Origin: Dictyostelium discoideum
Taxonomy: Eukaryota
Direction of reading: 5' to 3'
DNA: 64,000 nucleotides
Assembly: GCA_000004695.1 (NCBI GenBank)
Contig: CM000152.2
Location: 5,312,001 to 5,376,000, forward strand
Part shown: in pieces, positions 16,852 to 27,806 of the stretch
How positions within the stretch are numbered: position 1 is the stretch's first letter
Layout: every line of letters begins with the position of its first letter
Made by a program: the position numbers and the translations under genes
Notes under the pieces: generated by a model
What the model was told of the DNA's origin: nothing
The model's database searches: none
The model's input: only the letters and a program-made list of their open reading frames with translations

Positions 16852-18706
16852 ATGGAAGAATCAAATAACAATAATTTTTTATTTTCACCAGATTATATTT
16901 GGTCTCAATTACTTGAAAATAATAATAATAATTATAATAATAATTATAATAATATTAATAATAGCATTAATGAAAATTTACTAAATGAATTGAATAGTTT
17001 TCAAAATACAGGAGTATTTGATTTAGATACAAATATAGAACAGCAGCAACAACAACAACCAACTGAAATTCAACAACAACTACAAAACTATCAAGAATTC
17101 CAACAAAAAAAATATCAAGAACGTCAAGAACAATATCAAATTCAATATCAACAATCATATATAGAACCTTTAAATTTTAATGAAACATATAATAATGAAA
17201 CATATTGTAATATAATACCACAACCGCCCCAGGTTGAACAACAACAAGAACAAGAACAAGAACAAGAACAACAACAAAAACAACAACAACAACAATATAT
17301 TGAAAAACAAATACAAGAAATAATAAAAATACCAGAAAAAAGGCAAACACTTAACCAGATTCCTATTGAAATGATGCAACATAATTTCTTTAATACACCA
17401 AAACTTGATCAACAACTACTCTCAAATTATTCAGACTTTTTTAAAACAAATCCAATTTTACCTACAACCACAACAACAACAACAACCACAGCAATAACAA
17501 TAGATCAACAACAACAAAACCATATTGATAATCAGTCATTAAATAATTCAAACACAAAAACATCAAAGAACCAACAAAAAGATAATAATTTACCAAAAAA
17601 AAAGAATTTATCCTATGATATCACAAAAATAACATTTAATAATAATAATATAGAAAAAAAGAGAGACCAAACTGAATCAAGTAAAAATTTTAGAGAAAAA
17701 AAAAAGGAGTATGTAAAAGAAATTGAAAGTAAAATTTTAGCTCTAACCCTTGAAAATGATAAACTTAAAAAAGAAAATGATTCATTAAAAGTATTTTTAT
17801 AAAAATTAATAATTAATAATAATAAGAAAAAAAAAGAAAGATTATTAACAAAAAATACTTTATTTATTATATAATTAGACTATTAATGGATCAAATTTAA
17901 TGAGACCAGAACCAGAATCAATTAATATGATAATGGAATGTAAAAAAATTATAAAAAAACTGGAAAAAGCATTAATTGATAATGATGAAAGATCATTAAT
18001 TTATTTATTATATCATTATCATAGTGAAACATCAAAAAGGTATTCATTAGTAGAAATTGAAGTTGATAAAATTGCAAACCCATATTCACAAATAAAATTA
18101 AAGTTAGCAGGTTATATTCAAAATCCAACAACTTTAGATATTTTTGATGGTAATTTTAATAATAATAATAATAATAATGGTAATAAAGAAGAAGAAGAAG
18201 AAATATCATGGTTTATAAAATATAAAAATGAAGCAAATCTTACAATTGAACAATCAAATAAATTAGATTTATTACGTAATCAACATGGTTTAATTTTTGA
18301 AACCTTATTAAAAGAAAGAAAACAATTGGATAATGAAATTTTAAAAGTTTTTAATGAAATTATAATTGCTAGTTACGATGGTTCAAATGCAAATTTAATT
18401 AGTGATAAAGGATTTGAATTAAAGAGTAAATTGAAATCATTAAAAATGAAAATCATTTCAAGTTTAAATTTAAATTTAGATACATTCTCATCAATTAGTT
18501 CCATTTTATTACCAAAACAAGAAGCATTACTTTTGGTTAGAGCTCATTTATTTGGTTCAAGTAAATTAAATCCTCAAATGGATTTTTTAAATAATGTTTG
18601 GACAAATATAATCTCTTCAAATTCTTCATGTAGTGTTTTCGAAATTTTAAATTCTTTAAAGGAATTTTCCGATTTAGAAAATTTAGAATTAAATAAAAAT
18701 TCATAA
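16852..18706 (+). CDS. bZIP transcription factor, paralog A. Exon 1 is 16852-17790, intron 17791-17878, exon 2 17879-18706.
   Basis: Basic region plus leucine zipper at the end of exon 1 ([38 protein letters not shown]). Donor AAA|GTATTT, acceptor aattag|ACT, phase 0. Gln-rich N-terminal half. TATA-like tatataaata about 85 bp upstream. Confidence 0.75.
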
Positions 18707-19008
18707 TTAATAATAATAATAATAAATAATAATAATAATAATAATATAAAATAAATTTTTTTTTTTTATACAAACTCAAAATTAATTAGTAACTCTTTCA
18801 TTGAATAATGAAATTTTAACATAATGATTTGTTGTTTTAACCGAAAAATTGCGTGCAACTTTTTTTTTTTTTTTTTTTTTTTTTAATTTTTTTTTCTTTT
18901 TTTTTTTTTTTTATACACAAAATAAAAAAAAAATGAATCAGTTTATTTTTAGTTATCTATTTTTAAAATATTTAAACTATTCTGTAAATAATTGAATATA
19001 AAAAAAAT

Positions 19009-19421
19009 ATGGAAGAATCCAATAATTTTTTATTATCTCCTGATTCCATTTGGTCTCAACTATTAGAAAATTCATATGCATTAAATGAAATCAATTGTTT
19101 TCAAAGTTTTGGAACAATTGATAATAATAATAATAATTATAGTAATAATAATAAAAATGGTAATGAAGAACTCTCACAACCAACTGAAATTCAACAACAA
19201 TTACAAAATTATCAGGAATTACAACAACAAAAATATCAGGAGCGTCAACAACAATATCAAACTCAATACCAACAACCATATATAGAGCCAATTTTTGAAA
19301 TCGTAGTTACTCAACAAGATCAACAAGAACTAATTCCACAACAACAACAACAAGAACAAGATCAACAAGAAGATCAAGATCAAGAACAAGAACAAGAACT
19401 ACAACAACAACAACAACAACT

Positions 19422-19509
<88 letters not shown>

Positions 19510-19759
19510 AAACAACAAAAACAACAAAAACAACAGCAACAAGAACAACCGTCAATAATTAAAGAACAAGACCAAGAACAAAAGAAAATAATTCAAGAAC
19601 AACTATGTGAAAAATCAATACAAACATTAGAAAATCATTTTTTTAATACAAATACCCCAAAATTAGATCATCAAATACTTTCAAACTATTCTGAATTTTT
19701 CAAAATAAATCAACCAATAACAGATATACCTACAACTCTAAATACGAACTTACAAAGTG

Positions 19760-19842
<83 letters not shown>

Positions 19843-20438
19843 TTATTAAATGAAAAACAAATTGAATCAACATCAAAAATAAAAAGAATTAATTTAGGTT
19901 ATGATATTACAAAAATAACATTTAATAAAATTGAAAAAGGTAAAAGAAATCAAACTGAATCAAGTAAAAATTTTAGAGAAAGAAAAAAAGAATATATTAA
20001 AGATATTGAACTTAAATTAAAAGAATTAACAATTGAAAATGATAAACTTAAAAAAGAAAATGATACATTAAAGGTATATATATATATATATATTTATTTA
20101 TTTTTTAAAAATAAAAAAATATTAATTAACTTTTAATTTATTTTTTTAAAAAAAAAAAAAAAAAAGAAAATAGGAATTGAAATAATGAGATCAGAACCAG
20201 AATCAATTAATATGATAATGGAATGTAAAAAAATTATAAAAAAACTTGAAAAAGCATTAATTGATAATGATGAAAGATCATTAATTTATTTATTATATCT
20301 TTATCATAGTGAAACATCAAAAAGATATTCATTAACAGAGATTGAAGTTGATAAAATAATAAATCCATATTCACAATTAAAATTAAAATTAGCAGGTTAT
20401 ATTCAAAATCCAACAACTGAAATTTTAGATATTTTTGG

Positions 20439-20508
<70 letters not shown>

Positions 20509-21054
20509 GATGATAATGAAGAAGAAGAAATATCATGGTTTAAAAAATATAAAAAAGAAGCAAATCTTACAATTGAACAATCAAATAAATTAGATTTATT
20601 ACGTGATTATCATTGTTTAAAATTTGAATTACTTTTAAAAGAAAGAAGAGAACTTGATAGAGATATTAAAAAATTATATAATGGTATTGCATTAAGTGGA
20701 TTTGATTTAACACCAAGATCGTTAGCAAATTGGGATATTGATAAACAAATTGAAACTACAAATAAATTAAATCTATTGAAAATTAAAATCATTTCAAGTT
20801 TAAATTTAAATTTAGATACATTCTCATCAATTAGTTCAATTTTATCACCAAAACAAGAAGCATTACTTTTGGTTAGAGCTCATTTATTTGGTTCAAATAA
20901 AAAAAATCCTCATATTGAAATTTTAAATAATGTTTGGACTGGTTTAATTTCTAAATCTTCTTCTCCAAGTTTTTTTGAAATTGCAAAACTTTTAAAAGAA
21001 ATGTCAGATTCTGCCAATGCTAAAATTATGGAAGATTATTTATATAAAAAATAA
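19009..21054 (+). CDS. bZIP transcription factor, paralog B. Exon 1 is 19009-20073, intron 20074 to about 20166, exon 2 about 20167-21054.
   Basis: Same architecture as paralog A: [21 protein letters not shown]..., ...[38 protein letters not shown] | ...[38 protein letters not shown]... Long (CAA)n and (AAT)n tracts. Confidence 0.75.
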
Positions 21055-21061
21055 AATTTTT

Positions 21062-21095
<34 letters not shown>

Positions 21096-21540
21096 TTCTT
21101 TGTATTGTTTTAAAAAAAAAAATAATAATAAAAATTGGTGGTAGCCATATCAGACATCCTTATACAAAAAAAAAAAAATGGTTTAGATATTAATTAATGA
21201 AACTTGGGTCTTAAGCAATAATAGTTTAAGTTTTTTTATTTTTTTTATTTTACCTCAAGGTAAAATACACCTTTTGATTTGTGAATTATTGGGTATTATT
21301 TCTGGGTTTTTAGAGTGATTTTTGGTTTGGACTCTTTTGAGTGGTTTGATTGGTGTTTGGTATTTTTAGGTTGATGTGGGGTTAACTATAGCTAAGAGGA
21401 CCCTCTCCACCACCTTACAAATCTCTTTTAATCCGAAAATAACCAAAATTATAAAAAAATAAAATTAGTTTTGATTAATGCTTTATAGAATTCATATAAT
21501 ATTAATTGTGTTTCATTTTTTAATTATCAATTATTCAACA

Positions 21541-21551
21541 GGAATCGAACC
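21541..21551 (-). promoter_or_regulatory. exB box downstream of tRNA-Ser copy 1
   Basis: ggaatcgaacc is GGTTCGATTCC on the minus strand, about 30 bp past the tRNA 3' end. Confidence 0.6.
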
Positions 21552-21580
21552 TCTGATCTAATTTAGTTCTGTAAAAAGAT

Positions 21581-21661
21581 CGACACCTGCAGGGTTCGAA
21601 CCTGCGCCTCCGAAGAGAACGCCTTAGCAGGGCGCCGCATTAACCACTTTGCTAAGGTGTC
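21581..21661 (-). tRNA. tRNA-Ser (anticodon GCU), copy 1
   Basis: Minus strand GACACCTTAGCAAAGTGGTTAATGCGGCGCCCTGCTAAGGCGTTCTCTTCGGAGGCGCAGGTTCGAACCCTGCAGGTGTCG. 81 nt with long variable arm, anticodon loop CT-GCT-AA, A box TAGCAAAGTGG, B box GGTTCGAACCC. Confidence 0.85.
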
Positions 21662-22846
21662 ATCACAAAAGTTTTGTTTGACTCACTTTATTAAAATGTC
21701 ATCTCAAACTATTTGGGGTGATACACTTTGCTTAGGTGTCACCGTGACAACAACATCAAACTCAACCTTCAATTCAAACAAATTATCCAGAACAACAACA
21801 ACCAAAATTAACACAATTAACATCAATTGAGATCTCTGCAAACTTGATTTTAGTAAATTTCTCTAAAATTTTATTTTTTTTACTTTTTTTTTCCTAGAAA
21901 TTAATTTTCAAATTTTTTTTTTTTACCTTGGAGGTTACCAAGATTTATTTTTTGTAACCTTCCAGTTTTTTTGAGTTTTTTTGAGTTTTTTTTATTTTTT
22001 ATTTTTTTTTTTTCTTAGTGTGTGTTGTTATAAAACAAATGTGTTCATATTTGTTTTAATTTTCCTCTCTTTTTTTTTTTAGTGTTTATTTATTTTTATT
22101 TTGTGTTCATTCTAACCAAGTCAAATATAAAAAGAAAAGAAAAAAAAAAAAAAGAAAGAAATAGAAAAAAAGAAAAGAAAAGAAAAGAAAAGAAAGAAAT
22201 AGAAAAAAAGAATAAAAATAATAATAAAAAAACTTTACAAATCATGTGAAAATAATAATAATAGTAATAAATCTGCTTTTATAAATTTTTTTTATTAAAT
22301 TTAAATAAAAAAAACAAATTAAGAATATATTTTTTTTGTTTTATTTTTAATTTTGAAATTTCATTTGATTTTTTCTCAAATAAAAGTAAATTATTTTTAT
22401 TTAAAATTAATTATTTGTTATCGAATAAAAAAAAAATTTAATTCAAAATAAATGAAAGTGACAATTCAAATTTATTATTTTTAAATTTAGTTTATTTTTA
22501 AAATTTACTTTTATAAACATTAAAAAGACTTGTTTTCAATTCAATGTAAAAATTTTCAATAAAAAAAACATTCATAATAAATTTTAGATATTGTCGATAA
22601 CATCAACTTATTATTTAAAAATAATCATGTTAAAAATTTTAATGTCTATTAAATATTTATTTTATTGATGACCTCACTACTTTCAAAATTTAATGCAGTA
22701 AATGGAGATCGAAGTAATAAACAAACAATCTATAAAAAATCTTGTTCAGGTTTGTTAATCTTGTTAATTCGTATTTTAATTTAAAATAATATATTTGATT
22801 AATTATTTTTATTATTTAATACTTCCCTCAGAACATTTATCTACAT

Positions 22847-22885
<39 letters not shown>

Positions 22886-23079
22886 TGGATTAACAAGATT
22901 GATATATGTCCATCTGTGTTAATACGAGTTTTATTTAATATTTATTTAAAGGCTTATCATTTAAGCTGAAGGGTTATTTTAATCATATGAATTGATCAAA
23001 AGATATAATATTTGGGAGAGATGATTCTGGTCTACATAATGGTGATGTTTTTGTATTATTTATTTATTTTTTTACAACA

Positions 23080-23090
23080 GGAGTCGAACC
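23080..23090 (-). promoter_or_regulatory. exB box downstream of tRNA-Ser copy 2
   Basis: ggagtcgaacc is GGTTCGACTCC on the minus strand, 32 bp past the tRNA 3' end. Confidence 0.6.
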
Positions 23091-23121
23091 TGTTATTATG
23101 TTTTGAATTTTGGAAAAATTT

Positions 23122-23202
23122 CGACACCTGCAGGGTTCGAACCTGCGCCTCCGAAGAGAACGCCTTAGCAGGGCGCCGCATTAACCACTTTGCTAAGGTG
23201 TC
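23122..23202 (-). tRNA. tRNA-Ser (GCU), copy 2
   Basis: Identical 81-nt sequence to copy 1. Confidence 0.85.
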
Positions 23203-23250
23203 ATCGAAAATAAAATGGGAGATACACTTTCCTAAGGTGTCATTGAATCA

Positions 23251-23527
23251 AAAAATAATCAGATCGAAAAAAACAAACAACAACAACAATCTCTTTTTTT
23301 GATTATTTCATTTTTCATATAAAAAAGACTTAAAAAACAAATAAATAAATAAATAAACTATTTTAAAAAGCCATCTTTTTACTTTATTGTAATTTATTAT
23401 TTGTTTCGTTTTGAGAATTTTGCGTAGCAAAATTTTCAAAAAAAAAGCAAAAAATAATCAGATCGAAAAAAACAAACAACAACAACAATCTCTTTTTTTG
23501 ATTATTTCATTTTTCATATAAAAAAGA

Positions 23528-23535
<8 letters not shown>
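23251..23535 (+). repeat. Two 86-bp direct repeats (23251-23336 and 23450-23535) flanking a 113-bp spacer, followed by a 44-nt poly(A) (23531-23574). Begins exactly 48 bp upstream of tRNA-Ser copy 2.
   Basis: aaaaataatcagatcgaaaaaaacaaacaacaacaacaatctctttttttgattatttcatttttcatataaaaaagacttaaaaaa occurs twice. Position is the canonical TRE5 integration distance. May be TRE5 5'-terminal A-module-like repeats or an independent insertion. Confidence 0.5.
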
Positions 23536-23574
<39 letters not shown>

Positions 23575-23578
<4 letters not shown>

Positions 23579-25280
23579 GGAACCAAGTTAATTAGAAAAT
23601 TTCCAGATTTTTAACTTTTTAAAGAAAAATAAAAAAGATAGAAAGAAAATAAAATGAAAATCCCAAACAACACCCCAAATATTAAGCAACACAAATGCCT
23701 ACAAAAAATAAGCGAAATTGTGGATAAAACTCAATTAAAAAAAAAACAATTCAAATACGTCATAAACATCAATCACGAACCAGACGATAAAATAAAAAAA
23801 GATTTAGAAAAAAGTTTGGACAAAAAAGATGTTTTAATCAAAAGTAATAATACATTCAAAATTCTCACAGACAGTATTAGTACAGTAATCTATTTTGTAA
23901 ATATGTTTGATGCAGAATTAAAAGGACAATTTATAACCACTATAAGACCAAAAAATATGTATACAGATTTTGATTGGTATAAATCACTCACAGAAATAGA
24001 ATGGGTAATAGAAAATGAAGGATGTAAACTAATTAAATCAGAAATTAAAGGCGAAACTCTAATTATCAAAACAGTGAAAAGAGTCGTAGAAGAATTTGAC
24101 ACTATCATTGAACTAGACAATCTAACATTAATTGGACACTCCAACAAAGGATGGAGAGATCAAACCTCATTACCAGAAAATCAAGAAGAAAACAAAAATA
24201 AAAAACAATCAGATGAACAACAACCACAATCTACATCAGAACAAATACCAAAACAAGGAAAAAGAACAATCATTATCCCACCAATCACATCCTCATCTAA
24301 TGATAAAACATTTATGGCCCTAGATGATACAGCTCAAAAGGTAATAGAAGCATCACTAGAAAACGTAGATGAACTAACAAGAATAGAGAATGAGATCAAT
24401 ACACAATCGATAAACAATCAAGAAATTAAAACAAAATCAGAAAAACCTATCGAACCACCATCTCCATACAATACACCAATAAAACAACACGGCGAAACAA
24501 AGGGACTAACAACGGAAGAAAAACTTAGAGAGGCAAATGATATCTTCGACTTCACCAGCCCAAACACTGATGCAATAAGAAAAATAGAATTCCCACTTTC
24601 AATCCCTTCAAATCAATGGTTCTTCTCCTCTCCAATAAAACATATCATGAGTTTCAGCCCAACCTATGGGCACCATCGAAAATTATCGATTCACCAAGTA
24701 AATTGTTAAACACACCAAAAAAGAAACAACAAGACAAAACAAACAAGACCAACAAAACACCAGTCAAACCAAAATTGGGTGAATATGGACAAAAAAGCAT
24801 AAAAACAAAAATGGATGAAGATATAGACAACTTCAACAAGGAAATTCTAAAACAAATCAATAAATCAAAAAACCCCACAAACACACAAGACCAACAACAC
24901 AACGAACAAAGTAAAGATCAGTTAGAAGACAAAATAAACCAGAAACTTCAAAAGGTAGATAAAAATCTACCCCAAATAAAACTATAAAGAAAAACACAAT
25001 AAGAATAGGTGTTTGGAACGTCCAAGGATCCAACACCATCCAATCTGCCAGCATAATAAACACCGTTTTAGACAACAACAAGCTGGACGCAGCACTTCTA
25101 ACTGAAACAAATATAAAAACAAATAAAATTTACTCAATAAATCAACAATATAAAAACAAAATAACACACCACGCACCAATTGATAAAACAGGACAAGGGG
25201 TGTCACAAATCATCATCAACACCCGCAATAGAACTTCCTAAACATCTCAAAAAATACAATAATTCACTCAGTACTTTTTA

Positions 25281-25340
<60 letters not shown>
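23575..25340 (+). mobile_element. TRE5-type non-LTR retrotransposon fragment. Short 5' leader, ORF1 (23654-24709, continuing after a +1 frameshift to 24987, about 445 aa total), the start of the ORF2 endonuclease domain (about 25000-25250), then a 60-nt poly(A) 25275-25340.
   Basis: ORF1 MKIPNNTPNIKQHKCLQKISEIVDKTQLKKKQFKYVININHEPDDK... ORF2 begins RIGVWNVQGSNTIQSASIINTVLDNNKLDAALLTETNIK, an APE-like IGxWNVxG motif. Location and orientation relative to the tRNA-Ser genes match TRE5 (DRE-like) elements. Assignment to the TRE5 family is from recalled knowledge. Confidence 0.6.
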
Positions 25341-25341
<1 letters not shown>

Positions 25342-25665
25342 CAAGTTAATCAGAAAAATAAAAAAGATAGAAAGAAAATAAAATGAAAATCACAAACAAC
25401 ACCACAAATATTAAGCAACACAAATGCCTACAAAAAATAAGCGAAATTGTGGATAAAACTCAATTAAAAAAAAAACAATTCAAATACGTCATAAACATCA
25501 ATCACGAACCAGACGATAAAATAAAAAAAGATTTAGAAAAAAGTTTGGACAAAAAAGATGTTTTAATCAAAAAGACCCTGTAAAAAAAAAAAAAAAATAA
25601 AATGAGATCTAGCATCTCAAGGAGAAGCAAATAATAATTGCGTTATCCAATTCAAAAAAAAAAAA
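25341..25665 (+). mobile_element. Second, internally deleted TRE5-type copy. 5' leader plus the first 65 codons of ORF1 (25383-25577) are joined directly to a 78-bp 3'-terminal module and oligo(A).
   Basis: Leader and ORF1 start are over 95% identical to 23589-23850. Junction atcaaaaag|accctgtaaaa. 3' module ...tgagatctagcatctcaaggagaagcaaataataattgcgttatccaattc(A)13 is identical to the mini-element at 27501-27590. Confidence 0.6.
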
Positions 25666-25968
25666 AGGTGTCATTGAATAAAATGGGATGATACACTTTG
25701 CTAAGATGTCATCGAAAACCAAATGGGTAATACACTTTGCTAAGCTGTCATCGAAAACCAAATGGGTAATACACTTTGTTAAGGTGTCATCGAAAACCAA
25801 CGGGTGATACACTTTGCTAATCTGTCATCGAAAAATATTTGGGTGGTAAACTTTGCTAAGGTGTCCACACAAAATATTTGGGTGATACACTTTGCTAAGG
25901 TTTCGTCGAAAAATATTTGGGTGATACACTTCGCTAAGGTGTCATTGAAAAATAAACCACCACAAGAC
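25666..25968. repeat. Tandem array of about 7.5 units of 38-40 bp. Each unit holds the revcomp of the first 17 nt of tRNA-Ser (including the A box) plus its immediate 5' flank.
   Basis: Units such as gatgtcatcgaaaaccaaatgggtaatacactttgctaag repeat. The same unit is present in 1-2 copies directly upstream of each intact tRNA-Ser gene. No complete tRNA is attached to this array. Confidence 0.8.
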
Positions 25969-27311
25969 TAATTTTTTGATAAATAATTTTTTTTTTATAG
26001 TTTTTATTGTTTTTTTTATTTTTTTTAAGAAAATGTGGCTGAATAATAATTTTTGAAACTATATTAAAATAAAAAATAATTAAAAAAAATACAAAAAATA
26101 AAAATAATCAGTAAAGTGATTTATATTTTTAATTTATAAAAAAATATAAAAAAAATGAATATACATTCTGCAAACTCGATTTGACTCCATTTGGTTTCTA
26201 ATTGTCTTAAAAATTATTTTTTTTATTTTTCCTTTTTTTTTTTCTTAATTTTTTAAAAAATAACAATAAATCTTACCCTATCAAAATTGTTATTTTTTTT
26301 TCTATTTTAGGATTTATTACATATTTAATTAATATAATTACTTTATTACTATTGTATTTTACAGTTGTAGTTTTTTTTATATAAGATGGCTCGAGATGAG
26401 TAACTGGACTGTCTAATTTTAGGAATTTAAAAAAAAAAATAAAAACTATTCAGAGAACCCAATTTCATTTTTAATTTTTTTTTTTTTTTTAGGGAGTTTA
26501 ATTCAAGAACAATTATAAACCATTTTAACTAATAATAATATAAGTTTTTTTTTTTTTTTATAATATTTTATAATATAAGTTGTTTTTTTTATTTTATTTT
26601 ATTTTTTTAATTATAATTAAATTTGTTTTTGAAATGCAGTTTTATTTAAAAATTCTAAGGTTTTTTCAATAAACTTTATTGAAAAATTTAGGGGAGTTAT
26701 ATGGCCATATATTTTCCTTAATGTCATGGTGCATAGATAAATCTTTCCTTTCTCTGACTTTAGATTAATATTGATTATTTTTATTTCCCTTTGGATATGA
26801 TAGTATTGATATGAACATTGATGTTTTAATAATACACATTTTTCAGCATTTCTATTGTAAAACAACACTTCTATTTAATTTAATGTCACATTTCATCAAC
26901 ACCAATATTTAACTTAAATTTTTTTTTTTTTTTTTTTTTTTTTGATTTTTTTTTTTTTTATAATTTTATTTTAATTTTTTTATATAAAAAGATATAATTT
27001 TTTTTTTTCATTTTATTATTAATTTAAAAAGGTAAAAAAAAAAAAAAAACATTTAGTAAAAACTTTACTTAAATAATCATGTTAAAAATTAATATCTATT
27101 AAATATTTATTTTATTGATGACCTCATTAAATTCAAATTTTAATACAGTCAACGGAGATCGAAGTGCCTGTATCTTAAATTGTGCTCATTAACAAACAAT
27201 TTATATAAAATCTTGTTCAGATTTGTTTATCTTGTTAATTCGTTTTTTATTTTTGTTACTAACATACTATTGATCTACAAATAGTAATAGTAAGCATTTT
27301 ATTTTTTCCAA

Positions 27312-27322
27312 CAGGAATCGAA
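27312..27322 (-). promoter_or_regulatory. exB box downstream of tRNA-Ser copy 3
   Basis: ggaatcgaacc is GGTTCGATTCC on the minus strand. Confidence 0.6.
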
Positions 27323-27365
27323 CCTGTTATTCAGCTTTGAATGTTGGGAAATTTTTGCAAAATTT

Positions 27366-27446
27366 CGACACCTGCAGGGTTCGAACCTGCGCCTCCGAAG
27401 AGAACGCCTTAGCAGGGCGCCGCATTAACCACTTTGCTAAGGTGTC
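27366..27446 (-). tRNA. tRNA-Ser (GCU), copy 3
   Basis: Identical 81-nt sequence to copies 1 and 2. About 170 bp of 3' flank (27066-27245) is homologous to the flank of copy 2 (22605-22770), so these copies sit in a segmental duplication. Confidence 0.85.
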
Positions 27447-27493
27447 ATCCAAAACCAAATGGGAAATACACTTTGATAAGGTGTCATCGAAAA

Positions 27494-27590
27494 ATCCAAT
27501 GACCCTGTAAAAAAAAAATAAAATAAAATGAGATCTAGCATCTCAAGGAGAAGCAAATAATTGCGTTATCCAATTCAAAAAAAAAAAAAA
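27494..27590 (+). mobile_element. Mini TRE5-type element (3'-terminal module plus oligo(A) only, about 94 bp). Flanked by a 13-bp target-site duplication gtgtcatcgaaaa (27481-27493 and 27591-27603), inserted 48 bp upstream of tRNA-Ser copy 3.
   Basis: Sequence gaccctgtaaaaaaaaaataaaataaaatgagatctagcatctcaaggagaagcaaataattgcgttatccaattc(A)14 is identical to the 3' module at 25574-25665. A perfect direct repeat of the flank sits on both sides. Confidence 0.75.
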
Positions 27591-27806
27591 GTGTCATCGA
27601 AAACCAAATGGGTGATAAACTTTGCTAAGGCGTCATTGAAAAATATTTGGGTGATGATTTTTTGTGAAATTTCGGCTGGAAGATAAAGAATTGCTTCATA
27701 AAATTTTAAATAAAAATGCTTTATTACCATTAATTAAAATTATAAATAAATAAAACAAATTTCAAAATTTAAATATAATATTACACTTTATTATTTTTAT
27801 TTTTAT

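Noticed and set aside
23012-23302. 96-aa plus-strand ORF
   Set aside because: Overlaps tRNA-Ser copy 2 and its exB box. The 'protein' is the tRNA read in the wrong sense.
24132-25206. Several small ORFs on both strands inside the TRE5 fragment
   Set aside because: Alternative frames of retroelement ORF1/ORF2. Only the ORF1 frame (with one shift) and the ORF2 start are meaningful.
25666-25968. CRISPR-like array (regular about 38-bp repeats)
   Set aside because: Eukaryotic nuclear context. The 'repeats' are tRNA 5'-half plus flank units with no unique spacers, and no cas genes are present.
26617-26868. 83-aa minus ORF in AT-rich intergenic DNA
   Set aside because: No signal peptide or domain, low-complexity context, no splice or promoter support.
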